Source of the DNA: Octopus vulgaris
Lineage: Eukaryota
Length of the DNA stretch: 64,000 nucleotides
Direction of reading: 5' to 3'
Assembly (NCBI GenBank): GCA_951406725.2
Contig: OX597840.1
Location: 14,322,001 to 14,386,000, forward strand
The notes beneath the pieces are model-generated. The model saw nothing but the letters and a program-made list of their open reading frames with translations. It did not search any database and was not told where the DNA came from. Shown here in pieces: positions 11,560 through 23,900 of the stretch; position 1 is the stretch's first letter; each line of letters begins with the position of its first letter. The position numbers and the translations under genes are program-made.

Positions 11560-12791
11560 TCAGGTTATCCCATAAGTTCTGTCCGAATTTTGAATAAAGA
11601 AAACAAGTGATCAAATGTTATATTTAATTGAAATTTAATCATCAATGTACTTTCCCTGATTATCTATGACTTCCTTCCATCTATTTACAAGCTTTTTAAT
11701 CCCATCAATGTAAAACTCTTTTGGTTTCAAAGCGAAGAACTCTGAAATGTCAGTTTCAACTTCCTCCTGGCTTGCGAAAATTATGTCCCCAAAATGATTC
11801 TGTAAACTACGAAACAAATGGTAGTCTGAAGGAGCAAGGTTGGGAGAATAAGTGGATGAAGAATTTTTTTCCAAACAAGCTTTTCGGTCTTCTGTGATGT
11901 GATCTTTGCAGTGTGGAGTCGCACATTGTCCTGATGAAACATCACTCCTTTTCGATTCACTAAAGCGCATCCTTTTTTCTTTGAAGCTTGGTTCAAACGC
12001 TCTAATTGCTGACAGTAGACTTGAGCATTGATTGTTGCATTAGGTGGTAACAATTCAAAGTGAATTACTCCTTTGCAATCCCACCAGATAGAGAGAAGAA
12101 CCTTTTTCCCATGAAGTTCCCTTCTTGGTTGTGGTTGGGCCTTTTCCCTTTTACCAAGCCACTGTTTACAACGTTTAGTATTTCAATAGAAGATCCATTT
12201 TTTTCACCAGTCACAAGTCTATCCAAAAAAGGTGAAATTAGTTCGCAAGAATGGAGAGAAGAGCAGATGTCAACTCAGGATTTGCGGTTGCTTTCAGACA
12301 ATTCATGAGGCACCCATTTTCCAAGTTGTTAAAGATGACGATAAACAGTTGTATGGTTTGAACTAAGATTTATTGCCAATTCTTCAACTGATAATGCAGG
12401 ATTTTTTCAAGTAATGCCTCATGGAGCTTATCATCAAACTTGATTAGACGTCCTGTTCGATCTTCATCTTCAAGGCTGAAATCTCCACTTTGCAAACCAT
12501 CTTCTGCAAGTTCTTTCATTCAAGCATTCTTTCCCATAAACTGAGTGTATGTTTCGAGTTGCTTCGGCTGCAGAGTTTCCTTTTTTGTACTCATAAAGCA
12601 TTATATGCCTCAAATGCTCTTTGGATACCTCCATGTTAGAAAGGGTTTTAATCAAGGAAATTATAATTCTATTATTCTGTTAAATAATATTTAATTAGAA
12701 TTTTTAATTCCATTAGACATTCTAAAATACTATTAAATTTCATTCAATTTTAAAAAAGGTAAAATCAGACAGAACTTATGGGATGACCTGA
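11560..12791 (-). mobile_element. Full-length mariner (Tc1/mariner) DNA transposon, inactive
   Basis: About 30-bp TIRs (tcaggttatcccataagttctgtccga; right end reverse complement tcaggtcatcccataagttctgtctga), TA on both flanks, 1232 bp. Confidence 0.95.
11635..12634 (-). pseudogene. Mariner transposase, frameshifted
   Basis: N-terminal HTH region MEVSKEHLRHIMLYEYKKGNSAAEATRNI...TCRRWF, GKWVPHEL, FHQDN, YSPNLAPSDYHLF, C-terminal LVNRWKEVIDNQGKYIDD; split over several frames and the VTGDEKW motif is damaged. Confidence 0.93.
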
Positions 12792-13189
12792 TATAATAAA
12801 TCCCTACATCTATTTTTAGAAACTTGACCAATATATCTTATTATTCTTCCTTTCCTTCTTGAGGTTTACTGCTCACTTAGGTACACCCCCTTATACCATC
12901 TTCTTTACCTGTACCCCCACCTTAGTGCCTTTGATACATATCACCCCACCTCCTACTTCTCTCACTTATTCCTTCCTTACATTCTTATCTCTTCCTTCTA
13001 TCCCTCCCTCTGTTCCTTTTATCCTGACAGCTCTTCTCTCCTTCCCCCATCACAATATCTTGACCACCATCTAGCACTCCTATTTTCATTTTTTCTTCCT
13101 TTTCTGTCTTTATTTCTTTCTTCTTTCCCACCCTATTCCTTTTGACTAATACCATTCTTCTCCTTACATACATTCTCAAAATTTCATTC

Positions 13190-13585
13190 ACATCACAAGA
13201 CCCCTTTGAATGAACAGCACATGGAATTTATGTCTCCACACTATCCACTTGTAATAACAAAATATGAACTTCTATCGGAACCTACATACCATGGACAAGA
13301 AGCATTTCTACCCATTCTACACAGCACTTTCCTTGGATAATGGAACTGCAACTGCAACATCCTGCATATATTTTTTTTCTCTTATTTCCCTTTATACTTC
13401 ATATATCCATCCTTTTCCAAAGTAACTCCTTATACTGAACTCAACTATTTCCTTCTAATTAACTCTCTCATATCATCTCTGATGAAGGGACATCCCTCAC
13501 ATCCTTGAAACGACTGTAAGACTACCTTTCTCTTTATAAATGTCCTATAAATTCCACACAGCCATGGTTTTGTTGTCTCATTTTA
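13190..13585 (+). mobile_element. PLE 3' relic with minimal type I hammerhead (13476-13521)
   Basis: tct ctgatga aggga...tcctt gaaa cgactg ta aga; downstream ataaatgt...cacagcc...tctcatt is shared with 42780-42885. Confidence 0.6.
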
Positions 13586-13683
13586 ACACACACAAACATA
13601 AACACACACACAAATATATATATATATATATGGACGGACGGACGGACTACATAATATATATATTGTATATCCAGTGCATCCTT

Positions 13684-13895
13684 CTTTTCTGCTCTAAGCA
13701 TAAGGTCTAAAATTTTTGGGGAGGAGCCAGTTGATTAGATCGACCCCAGTTCGCAACAGCTACTTAATTTATCAACTCCAAAAGGATGAAAGGCAAAGTC
13801 GACCTCAGCAGAATTTGAACTCAGAACATAAAGACAGACGAAATACCGCTAAGTATTTTGCGTGGAATGCTAATGTTTCTGCCAGCTCACTGCCT
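13684..13895 (-). mobile_element. SINE family B copy
   Basis: ggatgaaaggcaaagtcgacctc...gaactcagaac...ctgccagctcac. Confidence 0.8.
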
Positions 13896-15309
13896 TATCT
13901 AATGCGTTGGGATAAATTGCTTTGCAGTAATCATTCTGGCTCTGAGTTCAAATTCTACTGAAGTCATCTTTGATGTTCATCTTTTCAGGATTGATAGATA
14001 AAATACCAGTTACGTGCTGGGGAAAGAAGGGGGGTTAATTCTTCTCATTCTCTCACTCTTGTTTTTTTCTTTTTATTCTGCGTTTGTCTGACTTTCTCTC
14101 TTCTGGAGCCAATGGTTGTTGTCAGACCTGGAGAGGGATGGGTTCCACCAGGTCTAAGAATGGCCCAAACCCATAATATCTCACCTTCACTCTCTCCGAA
14201 ATCCTTCATATTATTTATTGGTTCCTCCAGTCTTACAGCTTTTATAGTTGCGTTTACCAATCTGAGCAAAAACACCATAGATTAGTGAGGATCCTTTGGT
14301 CCCATGGTCTGCAAAGTAATCTCACCGTACTGGCCCCATGATAAACTAGTTGGAAAAACAACAAAACGGGGCTGAAAGGATCCTCCAGATTATTCCTCTT
14401 GAGGATGTGACAACCTGTCATGTGCTAGAACCACAATAATTTACTCCCAGTAAACTCAACAGTGCTGGTTGTGGTAATGTTGGTGCTGGTGGTGGTGGTG
14501 GAGGCAGTGGTAGTGATGATTTTGTCCTCTTTTCATTCTGTGTTTGGTTCCTGTTGTAGCTTGCTTGGGTGATAAACCTAATCAATTTCTCTGTTCAAAT
14601 CCAACTTCAAGGACTGTGACTGCCTTTAGAGTGGGGGGCACAGTTTTGCAAGTATTCAGAACGGGTCTTTGGTTTCTGAATATATTCCTTTTTTCTCTTC
14701 CTCCCATCGGTTTCAGTGGTCATGTAAAAGCTCATGGGCACTGCTTTCCCAGTGGATTTTCAGTCCTGCTAGGGACTTGACTTACACTCTTTTGCACTGA
14801 TGTGGCAATGACGGGCAACTCTTGCAGTAGGTGTTACAATATTGTTTTTGGTGAACCATCACATGATGTGTCAGTCGACCTCCTGACCCACAGTCTTTCC
14901 CACACACCCCTGTAAGTCGAGATGCAGTGTAATGCATAGATAACTTCCTGGTGTGTGGCAGCTTCTGTGATGACTTTCAAACTCTCCCTTCCTCAGGCAG
15001 ACTCAACCACACTTGGTACATGTTAGATCTGGCTGTACACTATCAACATCCATCTTCAGTTTTTCATGCTCAATATGATTTCATTTGAATTCCCTCTTCC
15101 CATCATGCCTGATGTTGTATTACTGGTGAAAGATTTATAGCAGCAAGACGTGCAGAGCAATCATTTGGTATTTCCAAATGATGAATACCCTATTGTGATG
15201 TATGTTCTGTCCTAATTTTACAAAGTCTCCCTTGTCACTCTTCTCTTTCCCTAACCAATGATTCTCTTACTGGTGAAGCAGGAAATAAAGAAAATAAGAA
15301 TATTTTCTA

Positions 15310-15850
15310 TTTCACTACCATGACCACCAACAACAACAACATCAGCATCATTGTCATCATCATCATTATCATCATCATTGTTGTCGTCGTCATCACTACA
15401 TTGATGCTAGCATCTTTGCTGCAATTGCTGTCATCATTGCAGTCATGACTGTCTTTGTCATCATCATATTCATTTGATGGCTTATTCCTCCTCCTCCTCG
15501 TCATCGCTATCATGAACATTTAGCATAACATCATCCTCATTCTACTCCTCCGCCTCCTCTTCATTCATCCTCATCCTCATTGTTTTCATTCGTCTCCTCT
15601 CCTTCCTCATCCTCCTCATTATCATCATTATCACTGATTATCATCTTTGCCTTCAGCCACCTACTTCATCTCCTTTCATCACCACCACTACAATCACTAC
15701 TCCCCTCCAACCGTAGCCACCACACACACACACACACACACACTACCACACACACATACATGCCACCACACACACATAAATGCCACTACACACACACCAC
15801 CACCACCACACAGACACTCATCACTGCCACTACCCTCACCACCCCTGACA
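15310..15850. repeat. Degenerate (CAT)n/(CCT)n/(CAC)n trinucleotide region
   Basis: Direct reading. Confidence 0.85.
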
Positions 15851-17047
15851 ACCCCATAAACAAACTGCGACCACCACAACTGACAAGAAGCCAACAGGTT
15901 CCACAGAACACTTAATTGAATTACACTGAATGTCATTGTTAGAGGTTAATTAATTAACCGATCACTAATAATGCGAATTATAGTGATTAGTGTTACCACC
16001 TGCTTTGACTTGTCACTTAACGAGTAAGCTAATGAGAGAGCCACAGTGTAGTCAAACAGACGGCTAGAAATAGCAGCCAAGTCACTCTTGAGTTTTAATA
16101 AAAAGAAGGACACCTTGGTGTAAATATAGCTTTTGATATATTCTTGAAAATACGACAGGGTGGTCATGACTGGAACTGTTTTCAGTATAGGTTTGCTTGA
16201 TTAAGGCTGACATGACACAAACTTAAACTAAGTAGATGCTTAACTTGCAAGAATTCTCATTTATTGTCTTAAAAATCAGAATGACACAAGTGTTTTTAGA
16301 TAGACTTGATCTGAAAATATTGATTAGGATGGTCATGGTTGGATGACTTGGAGTAACAAATGACAAACACAAACCTATGTGAGAGTGTCTTTGACAATGA
16401 ATGCCCTGCTAAAAATAGCAGTCAAATATCTCTTAAATATCCTACAGTATTAAAGAAAGGAAGAACATACAAAGTTATGTATTCCTAGATAGCTAAGGGC
16501 TCCAATGGAAAGTGATGATTAAGTTCCTCTCTCAAGCAAGGCAAGGTCTTTTTATTTCATTGAAGACCCTCTGTTTTCCCTGACACAAGTCACCCATCTC
16601 AGTGCTACTGATGGTGTCCAAATGGGTGCACAGTATGATTTAGGACTAGTGTTATCATAGTGGTACCAGAAAGTAAAGAGTTAGAATAAATACCACAAGG
16701 CATTTTGTCCCTACAACAATTCCATTAAGTCATGGACCCCCACCTAGACCTCCAGAAGGACAGGGCTAACTTCAGCAGGATTTGAACTCTAAAATGTAAA
16801 GAACTGGAACAAATCTCTCTCCCTGGACTGATACATCATTTCATTGACCCTGGAGGGATGGAATGTAAAGTTGGTCCTGGTTGCATTTGAACTCAGAACG
16901 TACAGGACTGCAAATCAGTTTCACTGATGTTTTTATGATTCTACTCATTCATTTCTAGATATATCAAGTCAAGGGGGGATGGTTACAGCTGGAGTGTCTC
17001 TGATTTCAGCTATCTTAGGCAACAATATTGTGACCGTCAGAGAGCAC

Positions 17048-17250
17048 CTCCTTCTTCTTCTTCTTCTTCTTCTTCTTCTTCTTCTTCTTCTTCTTCTTCT
17101 CCTTCTTCTTCTTCTTCTCCTCCTCCTCCACTTCTTCTTCCTCCTCCTCCACCACCTTCTCCTCCTTCACCCACCCATCTCCTCGATCTCCCCAACCACT
17201 ACCTTCCTCCCCCACTTTGTTGTCATCGTCATCATCACCATCACCATTAT
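17048..17250. repeat. (CTT)n/(CCT)n microsatellite
   Basis: Direct reading; source of the poly-L and poly-K ORFs. Confidence 0.95.
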
Positions 17251-17386
17251 TGTGTTGGCTTCCAACAACTCAATTATTGCAGATGCTGGCCTACAACTTA
17301 CGTGCTTGTATGACACTGTCGCTACAACTGCAGAGACAGAATATTTCCTCTCACAGACATAACTACACATACATAAATGTACATGT

Positions 17387-17426
<40 letters not shown>

Positions 17427-17633
17427 GGTGTTTCCTGATTGGCTGTAAGGTACGCAAAGCTGACACACCTAAGATTAGGATTTATAAATGAATTCAGGTA
17501 ACAAACATTTTGATGTAAATGCTTCATTTTAAGGGGCACAGCTGGAAAACAAGTATCACCCTGTTTTATGTACCCTATATTGCATGCACTGGCTGAGATG
17601 CAAGGGATTACCACTGATGTGTATGTGTGTGTG

Positions 17634-17661
<28 letters not shown>

Positions 17662-17667
<6 letters not shown>

Positions 17668-17812
17668 CCGAATTGTACGGTATTATATATCCATTACAGC
17701 TGATCTTACCAATTGGTTTCCTGCTAGAGATTCAACAGAATGTTACATGACAATCTGATTATGTAACCCTGCACTCATCAGAGGTAATCAATATGGAATG
17801 AAATATGGCAAT
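17662..17812 (-). mobile_element. PLE-like terminal repeat with hammerhead core (17704-17785)
   Basis: Minus strand reads ct ctgatga gtgc...gcag gaaac caattg gta aga; homologs at 21181-21335 and 45754-45905. Confidence 0.6.
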
Positions 17813-17827
17813 TCTGTCTGCCTCCTT

Positions 17828-17904
<77 letters not shown>

Positions 17905-17922
17905 CACATATTTATATATATA

Positions 17923-18347
17923 TAGGAGTGGCTGTGTGCTAAGTAGCTTGCTTCCCAACCACATGGTTCCGGGTTCAGTCTCACTGCGTGGCACCTTGGG
18001 CTAGTGTCTTCTACTATAGCCTTGGGCCGACAAAAGCCTTGTGAGTGGATTTGGTAGATGGAAACTGAAAGAAGCCGGTCGTATACATGCACATATATAT
18101 ATGTATGTATGTGTATATCTGTGTGTGTGTGTGTGTGTGTGTGTCTCTGTTTGTCCCCCCAAAATCGCTTGAAAACTGATGCTGGTGTATTTACATTTCC
18201 TTACCTTAGCGGTTCAGCAAAAAAAAACTGCTAGAATAAGTACTAGGCTTGCAAAGAATAAGTCCTGGGGTCAAATTGCTCAACTAAAGGTGATGCTCCT
18301 GCATGGCTGCAGTCAAATGACTGATACAAGTAAAAGAATAAAAGAAT
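17923..18347 (+). mobile_element. SINE family A, full length
   Basis: ggagtggctgtgtg...ggttcagtctc...ccttgggct...taaaagaataaaagaa. Confidence 0.9.
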
Positions 18348-18359
18348 ATATAGAACAAG

Positions 18360-18860
18360 AACATGACAGGCAACAACAAAAGATTTGGACAGTTAGATGA
18401 TACAAAGAAAGACAGGAATAAACAAGGACGGGACATTCGGAGCTTTCTATCGTCAGTTGAGTTCCAGATCATCCCAGTAGTTTCGGCCAGTTACACTTGA
18501 GACTGCTCCAATCTGGTTGGCCCCTAGAAAATCTGATCTAAGAGCATTAGATTCTTTGGAAGAAAGCAAGCAACATGACAGGCAACAACAAAAGATTTGG
18601 ACAGTTAGATGATACAAGGACTGGCCATTCGGAGCTTTCTATCGTCAGTTGAGTTCCAGATCATCCCAGTAGTTTCAGCCAGTTACACTTGAGACTGCTC
18701 CAGTTTGGTTGGCCCCTAGAAAATCTGACCTAAGAGCACTAGATTCTTTGGAAGAAAGCAAGCAAATGTATATGAAAACAAGGGTGCAAAAAATGGAGAA
18801 ATGGTACACAATTACAAATACAAACAAGACAATAACAACAGGTGTCTTTTCACTAAAGAC
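18360..18860 (-). mobile_element. Tandemly duplicated structured repeat of about 210 bp (probable PLE pseudo-LTR) with permuted hammerhead-like core
   Basis: Unit 1 at 18360-18571, unit 2 at 18572 to about 18764; homolog at 57350-57600. Confidence 0.6.
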
Positions 18861-19083
18861 AAATTATATATATTTCTTACTAAACATTTCAACTACATGT
18901 ACTTATGCTACTAATAGTTTCCTGTACATGTGTATGTTTGTCAGGCATCAGTCACACTATATTCCCAAAACTTTAGTTTAAATAGAGGAACAGTTTAGAA
19001 CCGGCACAAAGATAAAACATGTCTAATGCAAGATACCACCTTGATGGATAAAATAAAATAAAAATAAAAATATAAATAACAAA

Positions 19084-19130
<47 letters not shown>

Positions 19131-19134
19131 TATA

Positions 19135-19264
19135 CAGGGTGTCCCAAAAAATGTATACACACCTTAAATAATTGTAAATTTGTTATTCTTTGTAAGCCTA
19201 GTACTTATTCTATCGTTCTCTTTTGCCGAACCACTATGTGTATACATTTTTTGGTGACACCCTG
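19135..19264. mobile_element. Tc1/mariner-type MITE inside (TA)n, carrying a captured SINE A fragment
   Basis: TIRs cagggtgtcccaaaaaatgtatacaca / tgtgtatacattttttggtgacaccctg with TA flanks; 19183-19236 matches SINE A (minus). Confidence 0.8.
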
Positions 19265-19279
19265 TATATACATATATAT

Positions 19280-19334
<55 letters not shown>

Positions 19335-19335
<1 letters not shown>

Positions 19336-19900
19336 ATACTAAGTAATTAAGGGTTTAGCAACGATTTGCCTCACCACACACTGAATTTAGAAATAGCAGT
19401 CAAAAAGTTTTGGCTATTCTTTCTACTTAAAAGGGAGATCCCAGTAAAACCAAAGCACTTAAAAAGCAAACGACGCAGGCAAAAGAGAAAGAAATGACGA
19501 AAATCATTCTATATTAAGTCACCTACGGACGTACGTTTCGGAATTAAGTCATTGCAGAGCATAAAAATTAAATAATTATATTTATATTGGTAAAAACGGT
19601 AAGATAACAAAAGAAAGAAAGAGACCTCAATATTATGTAAATAGAGGAAATTTATCTGTAAATTAATATGTGACAATTATTCGGTAGCCAAGATAAAACT
19701 CTGAGTTTTGGATGTCGAGGTGGAAATCCACAACACCATCTCTTCAGGTATCTGGCCATCTGAAAAATGCTATGAAAAAAGACCGTTATACAAAGGGAAA
19801 TTACTGTGTTATAGACTGCTACTTATACAAAAGCGCTAATTCAAATGACCACTAATTAAGATAAGGTTAAAAGTTCATAGTAAACACGTAAGCATGTCTG
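19335..19900 (-). mobile_element. Two adjoining PLE-like terminal relics with partial hammerheads
   Basis: Minus strand gaaacgtacgtc at about 19528-19539; gatac ctgaaga gatg...catcc aaaa ctcagag tt ttatc at about 19692-19752. Confidence 0.45.
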
Positions 19901-20249
19901 TTCATACGTACACATGTGCGCTCGTGCACCCACGTGCGTACGTATACATCACTATGAAAACATACACATCTTCACTCGCATTTTTCCCCAAATGTATACG
20001 CATATATATACAAACTCATACACACACATGTACACCGTAAAAGTTCATACATACATCTACATACGCACAAGCACAAGATAGGGTTAAGGGTAGCAATACA
20101 GAAAAAAAGGCATAAGGAAGTATACAAAAAGTAAACCACGTTCATATATGGACATACCCTTATGCACACACACACACACACGCCCATATATGTACATACC
20201 CGCACATATATATATATGTATATAGGCGTGGTTGTGTGGTAAGATATAG

Positions 20250-20398
20250 GTGTGGGTGTGACTGTGCAGTAAGAAGCTTGCATGGTTCTGGGTTCTGTCC
20301 CACTGCGTGGAACCTTGGGCATATGTCTTCTATTAAAGTCTTGGGCTGACCAAAGCCTTGTGAGTGGATTTGATAGATGGGAAGTGAAAGAAGCTTGT

Positions 20399-20441
<43 letters not shown>

Positions 20442-20618
20442 TTTTGTGTCTGTGTTTGTCTCCTCCTCTACCATCACTTGACAACCAACGTTGGTGTGTT
20501 TATGTCTCTGTCACTTAGCGATTTGGCAAAAGAGACTGATAAAATAAGTCCCAAGCTTACAAAGAATAAGTCCTGGAGTCGATTTGTTCGACTAAAGGTG
20601 GTGCTCCAGCATGGCCGG
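20250..20618 (+). mobile_element. SINE family A copy
   Basis: Family A motifs; 3' end truncated against an inverted copy. Confidence 0.85.
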
Positions 20619-20630
20619 TGTCACGATGAC

Positions 20631-20930
20631 AAATCAACCCCAGGACTTATTCCTTGTAAGCCTAACATTTATTCTATTGGTCTCTTTTGCTTAACCACTA
20701 TGTTATAGGGATGTAAACACACCAATATCGGTTGTCAAGCGATGGTGGGGTGACAAACGCACATACACATATACGACAGGCTTCTTTCAGTTTCCATCTA
20801 CCAAATCCACTCACAAGTCTTTGTTTGACCTGAGGCTATAGTAGAAGTCAGTTGCCCAAGGTGCCATACAGTGGGACTGAACCCTGAATAGTGTGCTTGG
20901 GAAACAAACTTCATACCACACAGCCATGCT
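20631..20930 (-). mobile_element. SINE family A copy, inverted relative to the previous copy
   Basis: caaccccaggacttattc...cttctttcagtttccatctaccaaatcc...accacacagcca. Confidence 0.85.
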
Positions 20931-21180
20931 GGAACCTATTTTTGTTCTGTACTTCTAGTCAAGGAATGATGAAGTAACAGAATCTGGTGACCTTTGAAAT
21001 GTTTTAAATGTGTAATTCATGTATATTCACCTGATGAAAAAGGTTTCTTTTTCACATGACATTATATCTCTGTTCATCAATTAAAAGATTCATAGGCAGC
21101 AGCTGTAGTGATTGACCCATTATCCATCTATTGTTATACTTACGTACCTAATTATGTACGTACATACATACATACATATA

Positions 21181-21335
21181 CTATCTGAAGTGTACCTTAT
21201 TCTTATCAATCGGTTTCATACTAGGGGTACAATGGAATGCTAAGTAACAATCGATTGGTGAGAACCTAGAACGAAACCGATTGTTAAGACCAGCCGTGAT
21301 GGATATATAATGTTATACACTTTGGATAATATACT
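21181..21335. mobile_element. Two inverted fragments of the 17662 PLE-like repeat family
   Basis: caatcggtttcat on the left and gaaaccgattg...gatggatat...ggataatata on the right. Confidence 0.5.
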
Positions 21336-22690
21336 CAGTCTGTTGATAGATATACGAGTGCATCTGTTCCCTGACTTATGGATTCTTAGACAACTTACAC
21401 ACACACACACACACACACACTCATACGCACACCTACATGTACACACACATACACATACATTATATACTTGAATGCAGAAATGAGAAAAGCAGCTCTCCAC
21501 ATAAAACATGTTCTCTCTCTTCAAGTCCTGGGACTCATAACACCAGGTGTTGCCATGGGTTTCATGTCCATCCTCACTGATCGTTCAATTGAATTATAAA
21601 CTACAGTATTTTCCAAAAATATAAGACACAGGTGGTATTTAGTAGCTTTAGGTATACATACATACACACATGCATACACACATATGTGTGCCATCATTCT
21701 TTCTATCCCTCTTTCTCTCTTCCCCTTTTTCTCTTACCTTCTTTCTCTCTTTCTCTCTCTCTTTCTTTCTCTCTCTTTCCTTTGTTCCTTTCCTTCTTTC
21801 TCCATCGTCATTTCAGACAATTTTTCATTATCTTTTGAAAGACCCCTGATTTCCCCTCTCTGTTTATATGTGTGTAAGCACCTGTGTGTATATAATTACA
21901 CACCCACACACACGTGTGTATGTATATATATATATATTTGGTGTACATCTATGTGTATATGTTTGTATGTCTCTATCCATCCATGTGTCTATCTCTCTTT
22001 ATCTATGCGTTTGTCAGCCTGTCTATCTATTTATCTATCTACCTATCTGTGTGTGTGTGTGTCTGTGTGTGCATGGATAGATACATGCATACATACATAC
22101 ACACATGTTTGTGTATGTGTGCTTTACCCCAGTCTAATGACTGAAACAAGTAAAAGAATAAAGGAATATCTATATACACATATATATATATATGTGTGTG
22201 TGTGTGTATATGCATATATATGCACATATACATATAAAGCTATTAAAGAGAAAACAAGGAATATAGGAGTAGCTGGATGTGGAGAGGAATTGGAAAGATA
22301 GTGAAATATTAAGAGAGAAAGCCGAATGTTATCAATATCTCCATTAATCTTGGAGACCATTGCTATCTTTCCAAACAATTCTTCTAGTTGTTGACATTAT
22401 TGGGAATGTCTGGACCAGTTCTGCTACATATTACTCTCTTTTATGGCATTCACGGATTGTAATTTGTCAGCTCAACTGAACAACTTACTGCCAATTAGCT
22501 GGAATTGTGGTGCACACCATACCACACGCTTCGGTGTATTCACAGATCACTGTACATTTGGAACTGTAAATATATACACTTATATGCATACACGGATATA
22601 TAGATATACACATGCAAGTATATAAATATATATATATCTGTTGGTGTATATATATATATTTATATCTCTCTCTATATATATATGTATGTT

Positions 22691-22739
<49 letters not shown>

Positions 22740-23464
22740 GTATATATACATGTGTAGGACTCAGTGTGTGTATATGTGTATATGAATGTGTGTGTATAAA
22801 TATATATATATTTATCTATATGAACATCTGCATACACAACTATACATATATATATATATGTACACATACATATATATACATGTATATGCATGCATGCACA
22901 CATTCACACACACAACTTGTAGCACATTACGTTGCAGGCAGTGGTGCAGTCTCTTGACTTCCACGAACCTCAAGAACAGACCTACTTTTATGCTGGCTTT
23001 ACTATGACCATCTTCGTCTGTGTAACAAACCAGTCACAAGAGGTGACACACAAGTATTCCGTTCCATTGTGCTTTGCATTTATGGGATGCTCAATACCTT
23101 TTGTAAGGCCTGTCTGGAAAGCACTTGAGAACTAGTGGAGTTGACGAGGCTCACCTTGACATCATTAAACACCTCTTACAATGAAGCAATGTCCATGATC
23201 TGCTTCTAAATGGATAGCGAAAGTATCAAGGTGGCAGGAGATACATGGCAAGGTGACAACACCTCTGCTAGGTTATCTATAAAATACTTACATGATGTTG
23301 TCATGTAAAAGACCGAGTGGGGAAAATGAAGACATAGAGATAAATATGCGTACACCCCTGCCACCTGATTTTCAATGGTGTTGGTCATTGACTCAATCTC
23401 AGAACTGCAAATGATGATGCAGAACATCAGTCATAATGTAACTCTTGTATAAATGTCAATATAT

Positions 23465-23690
23465 GTATGAGGTGGGTGAGGTGGGGCTGAATGGTTCCTG
23501 GCTTTCGGTAAAAGAAAATACATGAGGATCAGTTAATTATGATTTTATTCAACATATTCCCCTTCTCAGATCCACACACTTATTCCAGCGGGTCTTCAGT
23601 TTTTCTAAGCCATGGAAAAGAACTTGGAAGGTTGAGCCTCCAACCAGGCCTTTCCAATACCCTTAAAGTGAGGAACTTTTCAGCAACTCC
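23465..23690 (-). mobile_element. Mariner 3' fragment (different family from 11560)
   Basis: Minus strand encodes EKLKTRWNKCVDLR then GEYVE*, a typical mariner C-terminus. Confidence 0.7.
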
Positions 23691-23699
23691 ATCATACCA

Positions 23700-23900
23700 C
23701 CACTTGTCAATCATTGTTGGTGGGTTTATGTCACTGTAACTTAGCAGTTCAGCAGAAGAGACCAATAAAATTAGCATCAGACTTTAAAATAAAAAATAAG
23801 TATTGGGGTTGATACATGTGACTAACAATCCTTGAAGGTGGTGCCCCAGCATGGCCACAGTCTAATGATTGAAACATGAAAAAAGTAAAAGCAAAAAGAT
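23700..23900 (+). mobile_element. SINE family A, 3' part
   Basis: gtaacttagcagttcagca...ccagcatggccacagtctaatgattgaaac. Confidence 0.7.

Noticed and set aside
14045-14278. EILWVWAI...HPSPG resembling an R4-type endonuclease region
   Set aside because: Similarity is too short and decayed to call
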